Source: Selaginella moellendorffii (Eukaryota > Plantae > Lycopodiophyta). Taken from it: a stretch of DNA of 64,000 bases. The notes beneath the pieces were generated by a model. That model did not search any database. It was given only the letters and a program-made list of their open reading frames with translations, and was not told the DNA's origin. Of the stretch, positions 39,371 through 52,400 are shown one piece after another; the stretch's first letter is position 1, and every line of letters starts with the position of its first letter. The DNA is taken from positions 6,666,817 to 6,730,816 of the forward strand of contig NW_003314261.1 in the NCBI RefSeq assembly GCF_000143415.4. The letters are read 5' to 3'. A program made the position numbers and the translations under genes.

Positions 39371-39610
39371 GATAAATATATAGTTACATAGTCTTAAAGG
39401 TTAATGGGACTTAGTGGAAAGGCCTTTAAGCTCTAACATTAGGATATATATAGCAAAAGAGTGAGATTTTTTAGAATATTCTATTGTTGAGAGGATATTC
39501 TAACAAAGGGGGATATACCCCTTTTTCCAAAGTTCATGCAAAATAGATGTTTAAACTTGATTCTAGAGCATAAGAGAGTGTTTTCCTCATTTGTTGAAAA
39601 AATCCCTTAT

Positions 39611-39634
39611 CAACATTTGGTGACTCCACTAGGG
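39611..39634 (+). mobile_element. LTR end plus tRNA-Arg-type PBS of a decayed Tat/Ogre-like element
   Basis: CAACA-TT-TGGTGACTCCACTAGGG resembles the TGGCGACTCCACTGGGG PBS. Confidence 0.5.
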
Positions 39635-40420
39635 AGGATTACTTTATAGTCAATCCTCCCCTTTATTCTTTAGTTTCTTGGGTTTTGGGGTGAATTTGTG
39701 AAAGATTTACATTGTAGTATTAAAAAGATCCTAAAAGCAAAGATATGTGTGCCCAAATGCAAAATTCTAAATGTTATGCTTGAATTTTAAGGATTTTTTG
39801 AGTTTTCTTTCTTTTTAAGCCAACAACAATTATTTTCTCCTTTTCATGTCTTAGTTGCTAATTTATTTCGGAAATTGAGCTGATAGCTTTTAACTTAAGT
39901 CAATGATGGGTACCCCAACACTTATGGACATGCTGCAAGAATACCACAGTACCTTTGTCCACCCTACAACATAAGTGTGCACCATGCTTTTTACTTTTCT
40001 AAGTGTGGTGGCCAGCTAGAAATGTGGTACCATATACTAGGGAGAATGATGCACTTAGCTGCTGGAAGTCCAAGCTTCCTAGATGACCATTTCTGGATTG
40101 CCATTCTAACCTCTTGAGCAGCATTTCATCCTGCAGTGCCGCACTGAAGTGAGTTTCTACCTGAATCCCCAGGTATTGGGTGCTCTCGCATCTCCTGGCC
40201 CCATGATTCAATCCCTAGCTTTCCCCAATTGATCCCAACGGACTTGTTCCAATATTTCCAATTTCCATCCAGGTTCTTAGCAACCAGAAAGAGGGTGGTG
40301 TAGGGTCCATCCATGAGCTCCTGAGGCACTCCTGCCGTCCCCAGCAGCTGCTGTCTCACCGAGCCAGAGCTGGAGTGGTATCATGAGATCCTGTGGAAGG
40401 GAGTGCTGCAAATTCCATGT

Positions 40421-40577
40421 TGGGGAGAAAGAATAATCTCCCTTTGAAGACAAANNNNNNNNNNNNNNNNNNNNNNNNNNNNNNNNNNNNNNNNNNNNNN
40501 NNNNNNNNNNNNNNNNNNNNNNNNNNNNNNNNNNNNNNNNNNNNNNNNNNNNNNAGGGAGATTATTCTTTCTCCCCA
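40421..40577. repeat. Perfect 23-bp inverted repeat flanking an assembly gap
   Basis: TGGGGAGAAAGAATAATCTCCCT (40421-40443) and AGGGAGATTATTCTTTCTCCCCA (40555-40577). Confidence 0.8.
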
Positions 40578-41699
40578 CTAGACTAGGAGCTCAAGAGGTA
40601 TGTTCGACAATTTGTCTTAGTCCCATCATGCCACAAACCCTAGCACTTTGCTACACTGTGACGAGCCTCAAGCTCCCACCTACTTGCCAGACAAGAAGAA
40701 AGCTGCTTATGGCTCATTGTCCTCTTGCTTCTTGAGCTTGTGGTGGAGGCTGTGGCAGCTCATCGATTGTAACCCATCAAAACTTTAAGTTTTTTTGCAA
40801 GTCCGATGTGTTAGCTCCATTTTCACGGTGGAATCCACAGAAGATGGAGCCGTCAATTGTGATCGAGACCCCTCATTTCACGATGGTTCAAAAGGCATAC
40901 ACCGTGTCTTTCATGATTAAACCAACTCAATGGTCTTGTGCATTTTGTTGTGGGAAATAAACGTCATGTTTCACCATGGATTAGTTACTAAGAAGGCTTT
41001 TTAGGATGTAAACTGGGTACTTTAGAAGCTTTCTACACCGAATTTTTCTTTGTAACTTATATCAAAACGTCGTGGGATTATAGAAATCCATCTATAATGT
41101 CATTCATATGTACATGTTGAAATCAGACGGCTCTTGCCATACGTTTTTTATACCATATGGGCATCTGGAGAATATTCTAGAAGGCATCTCTCTCAAGCAG
41201 TGTCAAGGCACTAAACAATCATTCAATAGCTTTTGCGTTTAAGCCCTGGTGGTGAATTGGAGGAGCTGCAGGTGATCATAGGGACGGCTGCGAATGTAAG
41301 CTGCTAACTGTGCTACCAAGATTTGCGCTACCAAATAAAGATATATAACCCCCTTCTTCTTTATCTCGTTTTTATCTCCTCCTTTCCTTAGTTCTGCTGG
41401 TCAATGTCCAATTCCTAGTAGTTCTTGTATGGAAGAACGCCTCCTTATAACTAATATGCTCGCTCCTCTTTGCCACGGGAACTAACAAAATTTGTACAGT
41501 GGTGCAAGAAAAGAATGAGAATATATTTTATCAATAGTGATGGATGATCTTAGAAGCTCGCCATGAATCATGAAAGAAGAAACTTCTTTGTATACATGAT
41601 CGTCCGAGATCTCTGCGTTCACTAGTAGCTACAAAAAAATTTTAAAAAATACAAGGAATAAAAGGAAAGCGATTGGATTTGAAACGGAATGGTTCTATT

Positions 41700-42547
41700 C
41701 TAGAGAGCAAGAACCAATCCAGCTATGGTGAGGCCCCAGCCGATGGAAACCAGCTGCGCGGAGCTCGAGGGCGGAGAGGCCGGAGGAAGCGCATTGGTTG
41801 GAATACTAGCCGGTGGAAGAAGATCAGAGCTTGGTGGCGATGGTGGAAGATCTGGAGCTGGGATCACGGTCGTCGATGGCGCTGGAGACGATGATGCTGA
41901 CGGTGACGGTGAGGGCGATGATGCCAACGAGCTCCGTGGTGACGGTGACGGTGAAGGTGCGAGTGAGCTGCTTGGCGATGGAGATGACGGTGACGGTGAA
42001 GCCGGGAGCGAGCTCGTTGGCGATGGAGAGGGTGATGTCGCGAGCGAGCTCCTTGGAGAGAGAGCCCTGCCGCCAGATCGCGCGGATGGCGATGGAGCTG
42101 GAGCAGTAGCAGTGAAAGTAGCAGTGGCAACATTGATTGGAACTCTCATCCCTGCTGCGCAGTGGCCGGGAATTCCACACAGGAACCAGTGAGCTCCTGG
42201 CCTCGAGAGCGTGACGCGAATGGGACTGGCGGTGGCATAAGTAGTGACGGCGTTGGATCCATCGCAGCTATCGTAGTCGGCTTGACTCACTTCGCGAACG
42301 TCGTGGATTGATGTGTAAGGAAACACTGCAAGGACACGGTCGATAGAATTTTAGCTCGAGAACTAGAAAACGAGGACTATCACTTACCGAGAATGTCTCC
42401 TACTCGAAAAGTTTGCGACGAAGCCCATTGTGTGTAGTTAACTTGGAAAGTCCATCCGTTGCTATCGCCGACTGTGAACTCCACCGCAGAGGAAAAATGT
42501 AGGAGCGATAGCAATGCCAGTGCTGCGAGAAGACTCTTTGAAGCCAT
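41700..42547 (-). CDS. Phytocyanin (uclacyanin-like blue copper protein) with Ser/Pro-rich AGP-like tail and probable GPI signal
   Basis: Two exons (42547-42388, 42325-41700); signal peptide, VGDSNGW, FRVGDIL, ligands H-C-H-M (HDV...CGIPGHCAAGM), hydrophobic C-terminus. Confidence 0.93.
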
Positions 42548-43079
42548 CTTTGATCTTCCTGCTGCTAAGTTCGCAGAGAAGAAACAAACCGAAACGTTTT
42601 CGGACTATGAGCGATGTTAGAATCAGGAGGAAACGAGGGAGCCTATATAGATGCTTAGAAGGACGCGGGGAGATGGAAAACTCAACAACAATAAGGTGTG
42701 AAAATCTTGACCTTTCTTAGAACCGGCCCGTGTTGCCGCGTGACGAGCGCGGTCACGCCACTACCACCACCACCACCGCCCACCATCGCGGTCAGACAAT
42801 CCTATCTTTTTTCGCAATTCCCCTGTAGAAATATGTCTCAGTGAAAGTTCCCGGAACTGATCAAACATTCTTCTATAGTTTGTGACAACACGACTGACCT
42901 GCCGAAACTTGTTTTACCGTGTTGTGGACTGTGATCCACCAAGTCAAACGTCTAGAAGACCTCGATTCTGATTCAGCGTGTCAAGTCAAACCACTGTTTA
43001 AGTTCCCCAGCAAAACAAAAGTAAACTTTTTTTCTTGCGATCCACTGTTCGAGATATCAAAGACTTGTCTCACCTTGGA

Positions 43080-43620
43080 TCCTTAGGAGCAATGTTCCTC
43101 ACCGGCATCGATTCGACAATCGCTTGCGATTTCGAGCTTGGTATTTGCTGCAAGGAGAGCATTCCACGAGACGAATCCTTGCTGTGGCATTCTCGCAAAC
43201 ATTATTTTCGCTTCGCGAGTAAATCCTTTTTCTGCGTATGCAGTGCTGGGTGCATTGTGCTGCCAGACGGGCATCTTGTCAAAAGCAATCATTTCTTTCT
43301 CAAAATGCCCACATCGGCAAAGTGCTGCGATTATCGCATTCCATGCGACTATGTTTTGCTGGGGCATCTCTTCAAAAACGTCTTAGCACTGTTGAAATCT
43401 TTGCTTTGTGAGAACACTGAAGCATTGTGGGCACTTCGGCATATGTCGTGGAAGATATCTTTGGATCAGGCTGGTGTCTCTCTCTGGCATCGCCGTGATC
43501 ACGGCGTTGCATTTGATCGAACGCGGTCCTGCTTCTTCTAGATGCCCGCTGCGCAAGAGCTCGTGATGTCCAGGAGAAGAGATTGGTACTTTTCATGCCG
43601 ACGCATCCTCTCACGGCCGG
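43080..43620 (-). pseudogene. Degenerate PLS-type PPR fragment
   Basis: MPQQNIVAWNAIIAALCRCG, MFARMPQQGFVSWNALLAA; frameshifted. Confidence 0.7.
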
Positions 43621-43805
43621 TGGAAATTTATCAACACCATTGTCTTGCAGAGGTAGGGAAGAAGAATCCGGATTTCAAGCGCCGGGATCCGGAATTCCCA
43701 GGAATGTAACGCCGTACCGTTGCAGTTCATGGCCTTGAAGATCTACCATGCCACAGCGGCGACAAAATTTGCCTTAGATTCCAAATTTCTTTTAGGGCTC
43801 TAGAG

Positions 43806-45698
43806 ATGTCGAATGACGATGGTAAGCGCTTAACAGTTTTCTCGAACTGCGTCCTGATTGCTATGTGTTCCAGCTCTGGTTAGGCTGTTTGCGAACTTTC
43901 ACAAGTCGGAGTTTGTGGAGCACACCCCAGGCGGGATGAAACGTATTGGAGACGAGCCCGTAGCAGGCTGTTTCTTCGTACCGACCTTGGGGGACACGAC
44001 TTACTGGGATGTCCCAAGGAGCAAGCTTCTGTATGTTCGGCAGGACTGTGTGGAGCTTTTTCACGAATTAGAGGATGAGCTTCGTGAGCTTCATGAGCGT
44101 CGTGAGCTGCAAGCGGAAGGCCGACGTGGACTTGGGGCACCTGTCCCGTTTTGGACGCTCTTCATAGGACAGCCAGGAACAGGAAAGACGGTTATCGGCT
44201 TGCAGCTGCTGTTCACCTTCATGAAGAAGGGTTACACTGTTGTGTACCATGAAAAGAAAATGGGAACCGGCTATGCAGTCTTTAAAGAGAAAAAGTTTGA
44301 TTCTGTGGGGGATAGAGCCGAGGTTGACAGGTACTTGATGGACCAACGGACGATCTTCATAAACGACAATGAGCCCATCACAACGTTTTTCTTAGATCCC
44401 AACACGCTGTTTATCACAAGCCCGGATAGAATTGTGTATAAAGAGTTTACTGAGACTACCAGCGGCTACAAACTTTTTTACGGACGTTTGTGGAGCAAAG
44501 AGGAACTTAAGCAGTGCCATGCACATGTGTTCCGGGATGAACTTACTTGGTCTGATGTTCGGCACCATGTTTATTATGTTGGCTACATTCCGAGGCTTGT
44601 ATTTGTAAAACGATGGCAGTTTTCTTCTATTCTGCACAGCTTAAAGGATGAGATCTCTAGCCAGAAAAATCTACTTGACATGTTCACCCTAGTCGGACGG
44701 TGCACAGGCAAATCCCACAAGATCATCCACTTGGATAGGGGTGAAGAATCGATTAAAAACTGCATGGTGATTGGTTCGACCTTTATAAAGGAGCAGCTGC
44801 TTCTGAGACTTGACGTCCAGCACTGGCGCCGCGTGGTTATCTCCTATAGAGAGGTGGGACGAGTCAGGGGCTTTCGAGGAGAAATCATGGAACTGTTGAT
44901 GCACCTCACGTTTCCGAAGTTCCTCACGGACTGTGAGCAGATTGTGCCTCGGACCCAGCGCGCTCGAGCTTCAAACACCGTCCAAAACCTGGTGGTCGAT
45001 GAGGAGGAGGATCTTCACGTCTGTTTCTACTCGGATTTTACGGACCTGACAGCCAAGGTGGAGGAATATACCAGGGAACGAGCCAAGTCAGCTTATTTCT
45101 GGCCGAGGTTGCAAACGGAGGCGGCCATCCACAGTTTGTATATTGACTTCAAGCAGAAAGTTGCGTACCTCCTCCATTCAACTTTGGCAAAGAAGGACCT
45201 GGTCGTGTGGCACCCAGTTTATATGCTGGTAAGTTCCCTTCGCCGAAACCAGATACAGGTCGCAGGGTTGTATTTTGTCACATCAGAGGCCAACTATGCT
45301 CGCTTCGACTACCATACATGGAGGAAAGCGAATAAGACCACAGGGGAGCATGAAGATCTGTTGATACTGCCAGATCTTCCTCAGTACAAGGTGAAGTTTC
45401 AAATGCTCGAGAGTGACATGGAGGACCTGGACAAGCTGCGAGCATATGCAGCCAGCATAGATGAGAACATGAAACTGATGGCGGTAAACACTCCTGCATA
45501 TCTTTTGCATATCAACTTCTAGACGTTTTGATTTTTGCAGAGGAATGGCAAAGATCTACCTGAGAGGAGGGTCTGCAAGCGAAAGCAGACGACTCAGACG
45601 GACGAGGAAACTCCACCTTTGTGGGTATGAGTTTTTGGTAATTGCCTGCGAATGTTAGTTGGCTTACCCGCTTTGAGCAGGACATATGTGAGGCATGA
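43806..45698 (+). CDS. Crinkler/RHS-like protein: P-loop NTPase plus restriction-endonuclease-like C-terminus
   Basis: 16-nt first exon splices in frame to a ~1.6 kb exon; LYVR, GQPGTGKT, ITSPD, WSKEEL, GYIPR, SHKIIH, GEIME, YFWP...AAIHS follow the CRN/RHS motif order. 3' exons are tentative. Confidence 0.75.
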
Positions 45699-45978
45699 TC
45701 GGGCTTGGAGGCAATGACAGTTTTGAGCCGTTTATGAAGTTCATGAGTTGTAATGTACTTTCTCCTACAGAAATGGAAGCTGTGGGGTCAAAGAGTATTG
45801 CCATGCGAAGACTGGAGGAATTGTTTTTTTGCAAGGTTTAAACTTCTGCATGCTAATTTATTTTCTCCTACAGTGTGGAGGGGAGCAACTCTAGAGTTGA
45901 GTTTTCCAGCTTAAATTTACTATAAATGAAGGTTTCTCCAGTGATTAACTCACGAGAAAAAGAATGCCAGCTTTGCCT

Positions 45979-47900
45979 TTAAAACTCTTTCTTTCCACGA
46001 TTAAGGGTTTCTGTCACCATAGCGTAGAAAGCTGGTTCCTGCTCTTTGATTTCTTCAACGCTTGAAGCCTCATGTTTTTCGGCCTGAGGCAAGGACAAAC
46101 ATGAATAAAGAAAGAAAATCTCTCGAGTTTCGCCGTACCTCTTGAAATGTGAGCAGGATTAAGTTCGAAACACTGGGAGGCTGTTTGTGATCCCATCTGC
46201 ACAAAGAGCTGAAGGAACTGTAAGACTGGAACGGAAATGCAAACCTCGTTAGTGTCAGTTTATTCACCGATCGCCACATCCCTCTGCCAACATCGTGAGA
46301 ATCCTGGTTCCTTGCGCTTTTACCACGCCATAGCTCTCGGACAACATAGGCAACTTCCTCCTTGTCCACCTTCAAATGCAAGCTTTGGAGGAAACAGCGC
46401 CAAGAAGCCATGAAACTGCTCACCTCAACAGCGTCGGCTGTTCCATAAAGCAGCTCTTCCCGTTCAATCAGACGTCGATGAAGAACAGCATAGTGCTCCA
46501 CGTCTAGATTAACCACGGGCTCTGTTTCAACTTGAAGCCCTGCAAGCTTCGCAATTGTGTAAGAGGCCATGACTTGGCCAAAAATGGCTGGGATTGTTCC
46601 GAGCACGGGAATTATTCGAACTCGAAAACCTGGAACTATCTGCTCATTGTCAGCTCGATATTCACATAGCATACAAGCTACTTACCACTAACTACTTACT
46701 TGATAATCTGAAGGATTTCCTTCCTGTCCATCGACACCATTCACAGGTAGCAGCTTTGCTTTCGGCCTCTCCATGGAAAACACCACCGGAACTCCACTTT
46801 CTATGCCATGCAAGCGTCTTAACCGATGCCTCACCTAGTATTTATTCTAAGAGGAAGAAGAAGAAATTTAGACGAGCATACCGCGCGAGAAAGAGGATCG
46901 ATCGATGATTCACAAACGTCCGCAATACGAACGCGAGTCGGGTCAGCTCTGGCCCCAGCACCCGTCGCGGACAAAACTCGAAGCGATTTTTTATTACACG
47001 TAGCGATCAAAAAAACCTGCGCCACGAACTCATGATATAAGTTGCAAAAAGTTAGAGTAGAAACATCTCACCTTAGTGTCGATGTTGTCAATGCAGTCTA
47101 AAACAAAATCTGGTGACCCCGAAAGTAAATCCTCCGCCGACGACTCGTCAAACAGCTCGCTGCAAGCCTCAATAACGCATTCAGGATAAATGCGAGAAAA
47201 ATGTTCCTTTAGACAAACTGCTTTAGGAGTGCCAACATCGTCTCTCGTCGCCACAGCATGGCGATTAAGCGAAGACAAAGAGACCTGCGCGAGTAACAAA
47301 GCATTCTCACACTGAATGAAAGGAGGAAAAACCAAAAACAAAAACGATGGAAGGAAACCAACCTGATCAAAATCGATCAAGCGAAGTTTTCCAACTCCAG
47401 ACCGGAGGAGCATCGCGGCGGCATGGCTGCCCACTCCTCCAAGTCCAACGACGATCACGAACGAAGCTTGGACTCTTTTCTGTCCTTCCAAGCCAAAAAA
47501 TTGGACATTCCTGGACGAGAGAGAAGTTCCTTCCTCCCAAACAATGGAAAAAAAAAAAAAAAAGCAGCGTGGAACATACCGTGTAAATTGCTCGACTAGA
47601 ATCTCATCACTTAAATCAGGAAGAATGGCTTCCTCATCGACTGCGCAATGAAAGGTCTTCTGTGAAGAGAAAAAAGAGCTAAAGAAGGACGAAATACCTT
47701 TGCTTGTGTCCAATGCTACTGTAACCTTCGTCTCTCGCCGAAAGAAAATCCATTCTCTGCCAAAATCATCCGAACAGTCCAGAAAAACCGCGTACACACC
47801 TTGATTTCGGATCGGAGAAGGAATCCCAGTAGCGATTCACAGCTATGCACGCGACGGATCCAAACACCGCTCCCGCGCACAGCCATAGCGCCTTGTCCAT
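45979..47900 (-). CDS. ThiF/E1-like tRNA threonylcarbamoyladenosine dehydratase (TcdA/TCD-like), multi-exon
   Basis: VGLGGVGSHAA, LIDFDQVSLSSLNRHA, DCIDNIDTK, GAGARADPT, IIPVLGTIPAIFG; N-terminal hydrophobic segment. Confidence 0.92.
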
Positions 47901-47950
47901 GTTTTGATAAACCCTAAATATTTTGCTAGGGTTCTTGAGGGGGGGAGAAG
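47901..47950. promoter_or_regulatory. 50-bp bidirectional intergenic region with telo-boxes
   Basis: AAACCCTAA at 47909-47917 and opposed CTAGGGTT at ~47926-47933, between divergent ATGs. Confidence 0.6.
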
Positions 47951-49270
47951 ATGCTGCGCGTTGTGAAGCCCAAGACGAAGCAAGCGAGGCGGGCGCTGGA
48001 GAAGCGCGCTCCAAAGATTGTAAGTTCTGATTCTTCATCGCCGATCCATAGGTCTGATTCCGTCGCCGCAGAAGGAGAATGTGAAGAAGGCGCTCTTGCT
48101 CCACGGCACCTCGACCTCAGCGGTTGTGAAGGGAGTTCTTAGCGATCTACACCACATCAAGAAGGACGGCGGCAATGCCGTGCATTGGACCCGGAAAAAC
48201 GAGAACATCCGGCCTTTCGAGCCAGCCGGCGCTGCTCCTCTGGAATTCTTCTCCAAGAAAACAGACTGCAGCTTGGTAGTGGTGAGCATTCCTTTCTTTC
48301 TTTTTCTTTTCCTTCTCGATCGAGCTCTCCTGACGTGAAGTTTTGCTGCAGTTTGGATCTCACTCGAAGAAACGGCCAAACAACATCGTGTTTGGGAGGT
48401 TCTATGACAACCATGTTTATGATTTCATGGAGCTTGGAGTTGAGCGGTATAAATCGGTCAAAGATCATGGAGGTGCTCGAAAGTTCTCTCCACAAGTTGG
48501 ATCTAAACCGTGCTTTGCCTTCATCGGTGAAGCATTTGAGTCGGATGAGAAATGCCGGCAGTTCAAGGAGATGATGCTAGATTTCTTTAGGGGAGAGGTA
48601 TGATCTTTCCAAGTCACTCCCTTGCTAACTTGGCTTTTTTGTCTTTTGTTTTTGCAGGAGGTGGACAGGATCAATCTTGCTGGTCTGGATCGTGTGTTTG
48701 TTTGTGTTGCTACAGCAACTAAGGTGATTTCTATCTATTTTTCTCTTTCATTATATACATGGTACTCACGATAGGAATCAAACAGGTGTTGTTTAGACAC
48801 TGCGCCATACGTTTGATGAAATCGGGTACCAAGGTTCCACAGATTGTGCTCGTAGATGTCGGTCCATCGTTAGACATGGTGTTTCGACGAAATCAAACTC
48901 CTGGCGAGGAGTTAAGAAAGGAGGCTATGAGAACCGTTTCAAAGGCGCCACAGAAGAAGGTACTGTCGCTTTATCACTTGTGGAAATAGTCGCGTCTGAT
49001 CCCTTTACTGTGTGTATTGCTAGATTAAAAACGTAAGCTCCGACATGATGGACGGCAAAGTTGGAAGGATCTACATGCCTAAACAGGAGGTACGATGCCG
49101 TGCATCTCTTTGCCACACACGTGAAACGAGACTATTTACAGGTTGGAGAGATCGCGCTGAAGAAAATGAAGGGCTTAAAAAGAGAGCGTCGCGAAGCGGC
49201 TGCAGCTCTTCCAGACGGGGAAAGGAAAGACGAGGCCAGAAAGAAGCTCCGACAAAACGATGAACAGTAA
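47951..49270 (+). CDS. RPF2: Ribosome production factor 2 homolog (Brix domain), multi-exon
   Basis: KRAPKI...KKALLLHG, NIRPFE, FGSHSKKRPNN, LDFFRGE, VGPSLDM, GRIYMPKQ. Confidence 0.93.
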
Positions 49271-49458
49271 GCACTTGTGCTTTCGGTCAATTTTGTGCTA
49301 CGAGTGCAAGTAGCGCCACCTTTTTCTTTTTTATGCCAGCCACCGTTTTCATACTCGGTGCCAGCCCAGTTGACCGAATTCGTCATTTTTCGCTACTTAA
49401 TAGTACGATCTCATTCCACTGTTGATCAAAATGTGTTTCTTCTATCTCTTCTAGCTAT

Positions 49459-52400
49459 ATGGGGGTTTCTCTTGGCGCAGCAGCGCTTTGGGTGCTACTT
49501 TTCTTCATTGCCTTCCATGATCGAGCAGCAGCACAAGCAACAACAACAACAGATCCTGACGAGTGTAAGATTCATTTCGAGTCTTAGTGTAGAACCGATA
49601 TCTCACTCTCTATGTCGTGCTTGTCTACAGTGGCGGCTCTGAGAATCCTCGCAGATAGTTTGCGCATTTCAAGGTTCTGGAACTTTAGCGTGGACCCTTG
49701 CAGCGGCTTGAACGGATGGAACAACACAGCCAGCGCAAATTCTTTCAACAACCCGATCACTGGAATCGAGTGCAACTGCGGCAGGGGAAACTCCTCGCTC
49801 TGTCATGTCACCAGGATGTAAGAGAGCTTTCGGCTTTCTTCTTAACTCGTTTTGCTCTTTGTTTTCTCGTTTTCAGAGTGGTGGTGAGCATGAACGCAGC
49901 TGGACAGATCCCTCCTGAGATTGGGAATTTCCCCCAACTGAACGACTTGTAAGTTTGGCTCCGGTAATCGTTCAATGCATCATTCTTTGGGGCTTTCAGG
50001 AACTTGGCACAAAACGTGCTCACGGGGCGGCTTCCGGACGAAATTGGCTCGCTATCCAACTTGCAGTATCTGTAGGTGAATTCTGTCTCAGCTCTAAGGC
50101 GGTTCTGTTGATCCTGCTTACTTTTTTGCTCGTATAGGACGGTGGGAATTAACAAGTTGAGCGGACCATTGCCATCTAGCTTGGGGCGGCTTACAAATCT
50201 GGTCAGCATGTAAGAAATTGAGTCGGTACGTGGGCCTAGTCTCTTCTCACTTATTCCTCTGCTTCTCAGAGGTTTTGGATCGAATGATTTCTCTGGAACA
50301 CTACCAAGGGAGATTGGAAACTTACAGTCTTTGCGCAAAATGTAAGCTTTTAAAGCGTTGTTTTTTTTCGTCTTCTTCTTTCCTCGGAAAAAATGAATCG
50401 TGGGGCTGTTTCAGATACATGGATGCGTGCAACCTAGGCGGGGAGCTACCCGAAGAATTTGGAAATCTGACAAGCCTTGAAACTCTGTAATACTGTAAGC
50501 TTTCCACGTTTTTCCTTCTCTTACAGTTGGCTGGAAGCCAGGTGGATGGCTGGAAACAATTTCAATGGGACATTTCCGGAGTTCATTGGAAGACTGGTCG
50601 CTCTTCAAGATTTGTAAGCTGAGCCGTGATCCGTGAGATGTAAATGTTAAGAAACGTGTTGCAGGAAAATGCATGGGAATAATTTCCAGGGACCGATTCC
50701 CTCCAGTTTAGGAAACCTTCGCAACATAAAGACATTGTGAGTGAAGTATTGTTCTTGCGTTATGACTGACAGTTATGTTCTTGTGTTCAATCTTTAGAGA
50801 CCTGGGAGACATAACATCAGGAGGTGCAATTCCATCGAGTCTCAACATGTTGAGGGAGATAAACAAGCTGTGAGTTTTCCCTGATTTTGTTCGTTTTAAA
50901 CTTTCTGTTTAATCTTCAGGATGTTGCGAAACTGCGAGTTGTCTGGTTCCATTCCTGATCTTGGAAATCTAAGTACATTGACACACCTGTAAGAACTACG
51001 TTCTAGTTTCAGAAACTAGCTTACACGTTTAATATTTCCCAGAGACCTGAGCTTCAATAATTTGACCGGCGTAATCCCGTCATCCTTGTGGGCGTTTCCT
51101 TCTCTACAAAATCTGTACGATTTTGGTTTTTTTTTCTTTTGACTTGTATGTCGGCTGAATTTGTCATTTTGTTGTAAAGTCTCCTTGGAAGCAACCGCCT
51201 CACTGGACCGCTCCCTTCTCAACTGGCATCAACAAGTCTCCAGCGCCTGTACTGCGTTTGTTTTCAGCTTATTTATTCTAGTTGGTTGACATTTTATTGC
51301 AGGGATGTCTCGTTTAACGAACTGTCTGGACCCATGCCAAGCTGGATAAGTAGAATCGCTCAAGCGTACGTCACTAACATTTTCACATTCATTTTTCTGA
51401 TTCGCATTTTTTGTTGATTTTAGGAACACCATATGGAACCAATTTAATCTTAATCCAGAGTATGTTTTGAAGTATTCTATTTTCCTGAGAACATCATGTG
51501 ATTTTCACATTTGCGTGCAGCATTAGAGCAGCAGCTTCAAATTGTCTGCAGTCGAGAGCAAACTGCAGCAGAGTGAGAGATGGACGAAGTAAGCTAGAAA
51601 GCTTTTCGCTTTTCGTTCTCTGATTAAAATGGGTATAGGTTATCAATTTGCTATCAATTGTGGAGGTCCACAAATAACATCGTCTTCAGGGACGATGTTT
51701 AGCGAGGATACAGCAATGTTTACTATGGGAACGTTTACTTCAAACGATCAAGCATGGGTAGTAGGCAGTACAGGCTATTCGGATGGCTTTGTGAGGGCTT
51801 TTGAGAACACCACTGTGCCGGTGCTGGGGACAGTTGATCGGGGGCTCTACCAAACTTCAAGAAGTGCTCCGAGCTCGCTAAGATACATAGGCCTTGGGAT
51901 GGTAAATGGTGCATACACTCTGGAGTTCCATTTTGCGGAGATTCAGCTGGACAACAGCACCACTTGGCTCGGTATAACTAGGAGATTGTTTGATATTTAT
52001 CTTCAGGTAATTCTGTTATCTCTTATTGTAGGCGTTTTTCTTATTCACACACACTCTTGCAGGGAACGCAAAGGGTGAAGGACTTTAACATACAAAATGA
52101 AGCTGGTGGTTCCTCCAGAGCTCTAGTGAGAACCTTCAGAAATGTCCAGGTGACGAATAATGTTCTCGATATGCACTTTGTATGGAGGGGTAAAGGTACT
52201 TGTTGCTATGGTCCTCTGGTGGCTGCAATTCGGGTGACACCAGGTACGCACTTAATTCTTTTTGTCAACTTTCCAGGCTCGAATAAGTTGGAATGTTTAT
52301 GTTCCAGTCTTTAGCACTGCTGGTCTGGAAGCACCAGGATCCAAATCAAAGAGCTCAAAAGCTGTCGCTATAGGCGTAGGAATAGGCGCGGCCATTCTTT

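Noticed and set aside
39999-40359. Short ORFs before the second gap
   Set aside because: No recognisable family and truncated by the gap.
41725-42192. Plus-strand GDGDG-rich ORF
   Set aside because: Antisense shadow of the Ser/Pro-rich phytocyanin tail.
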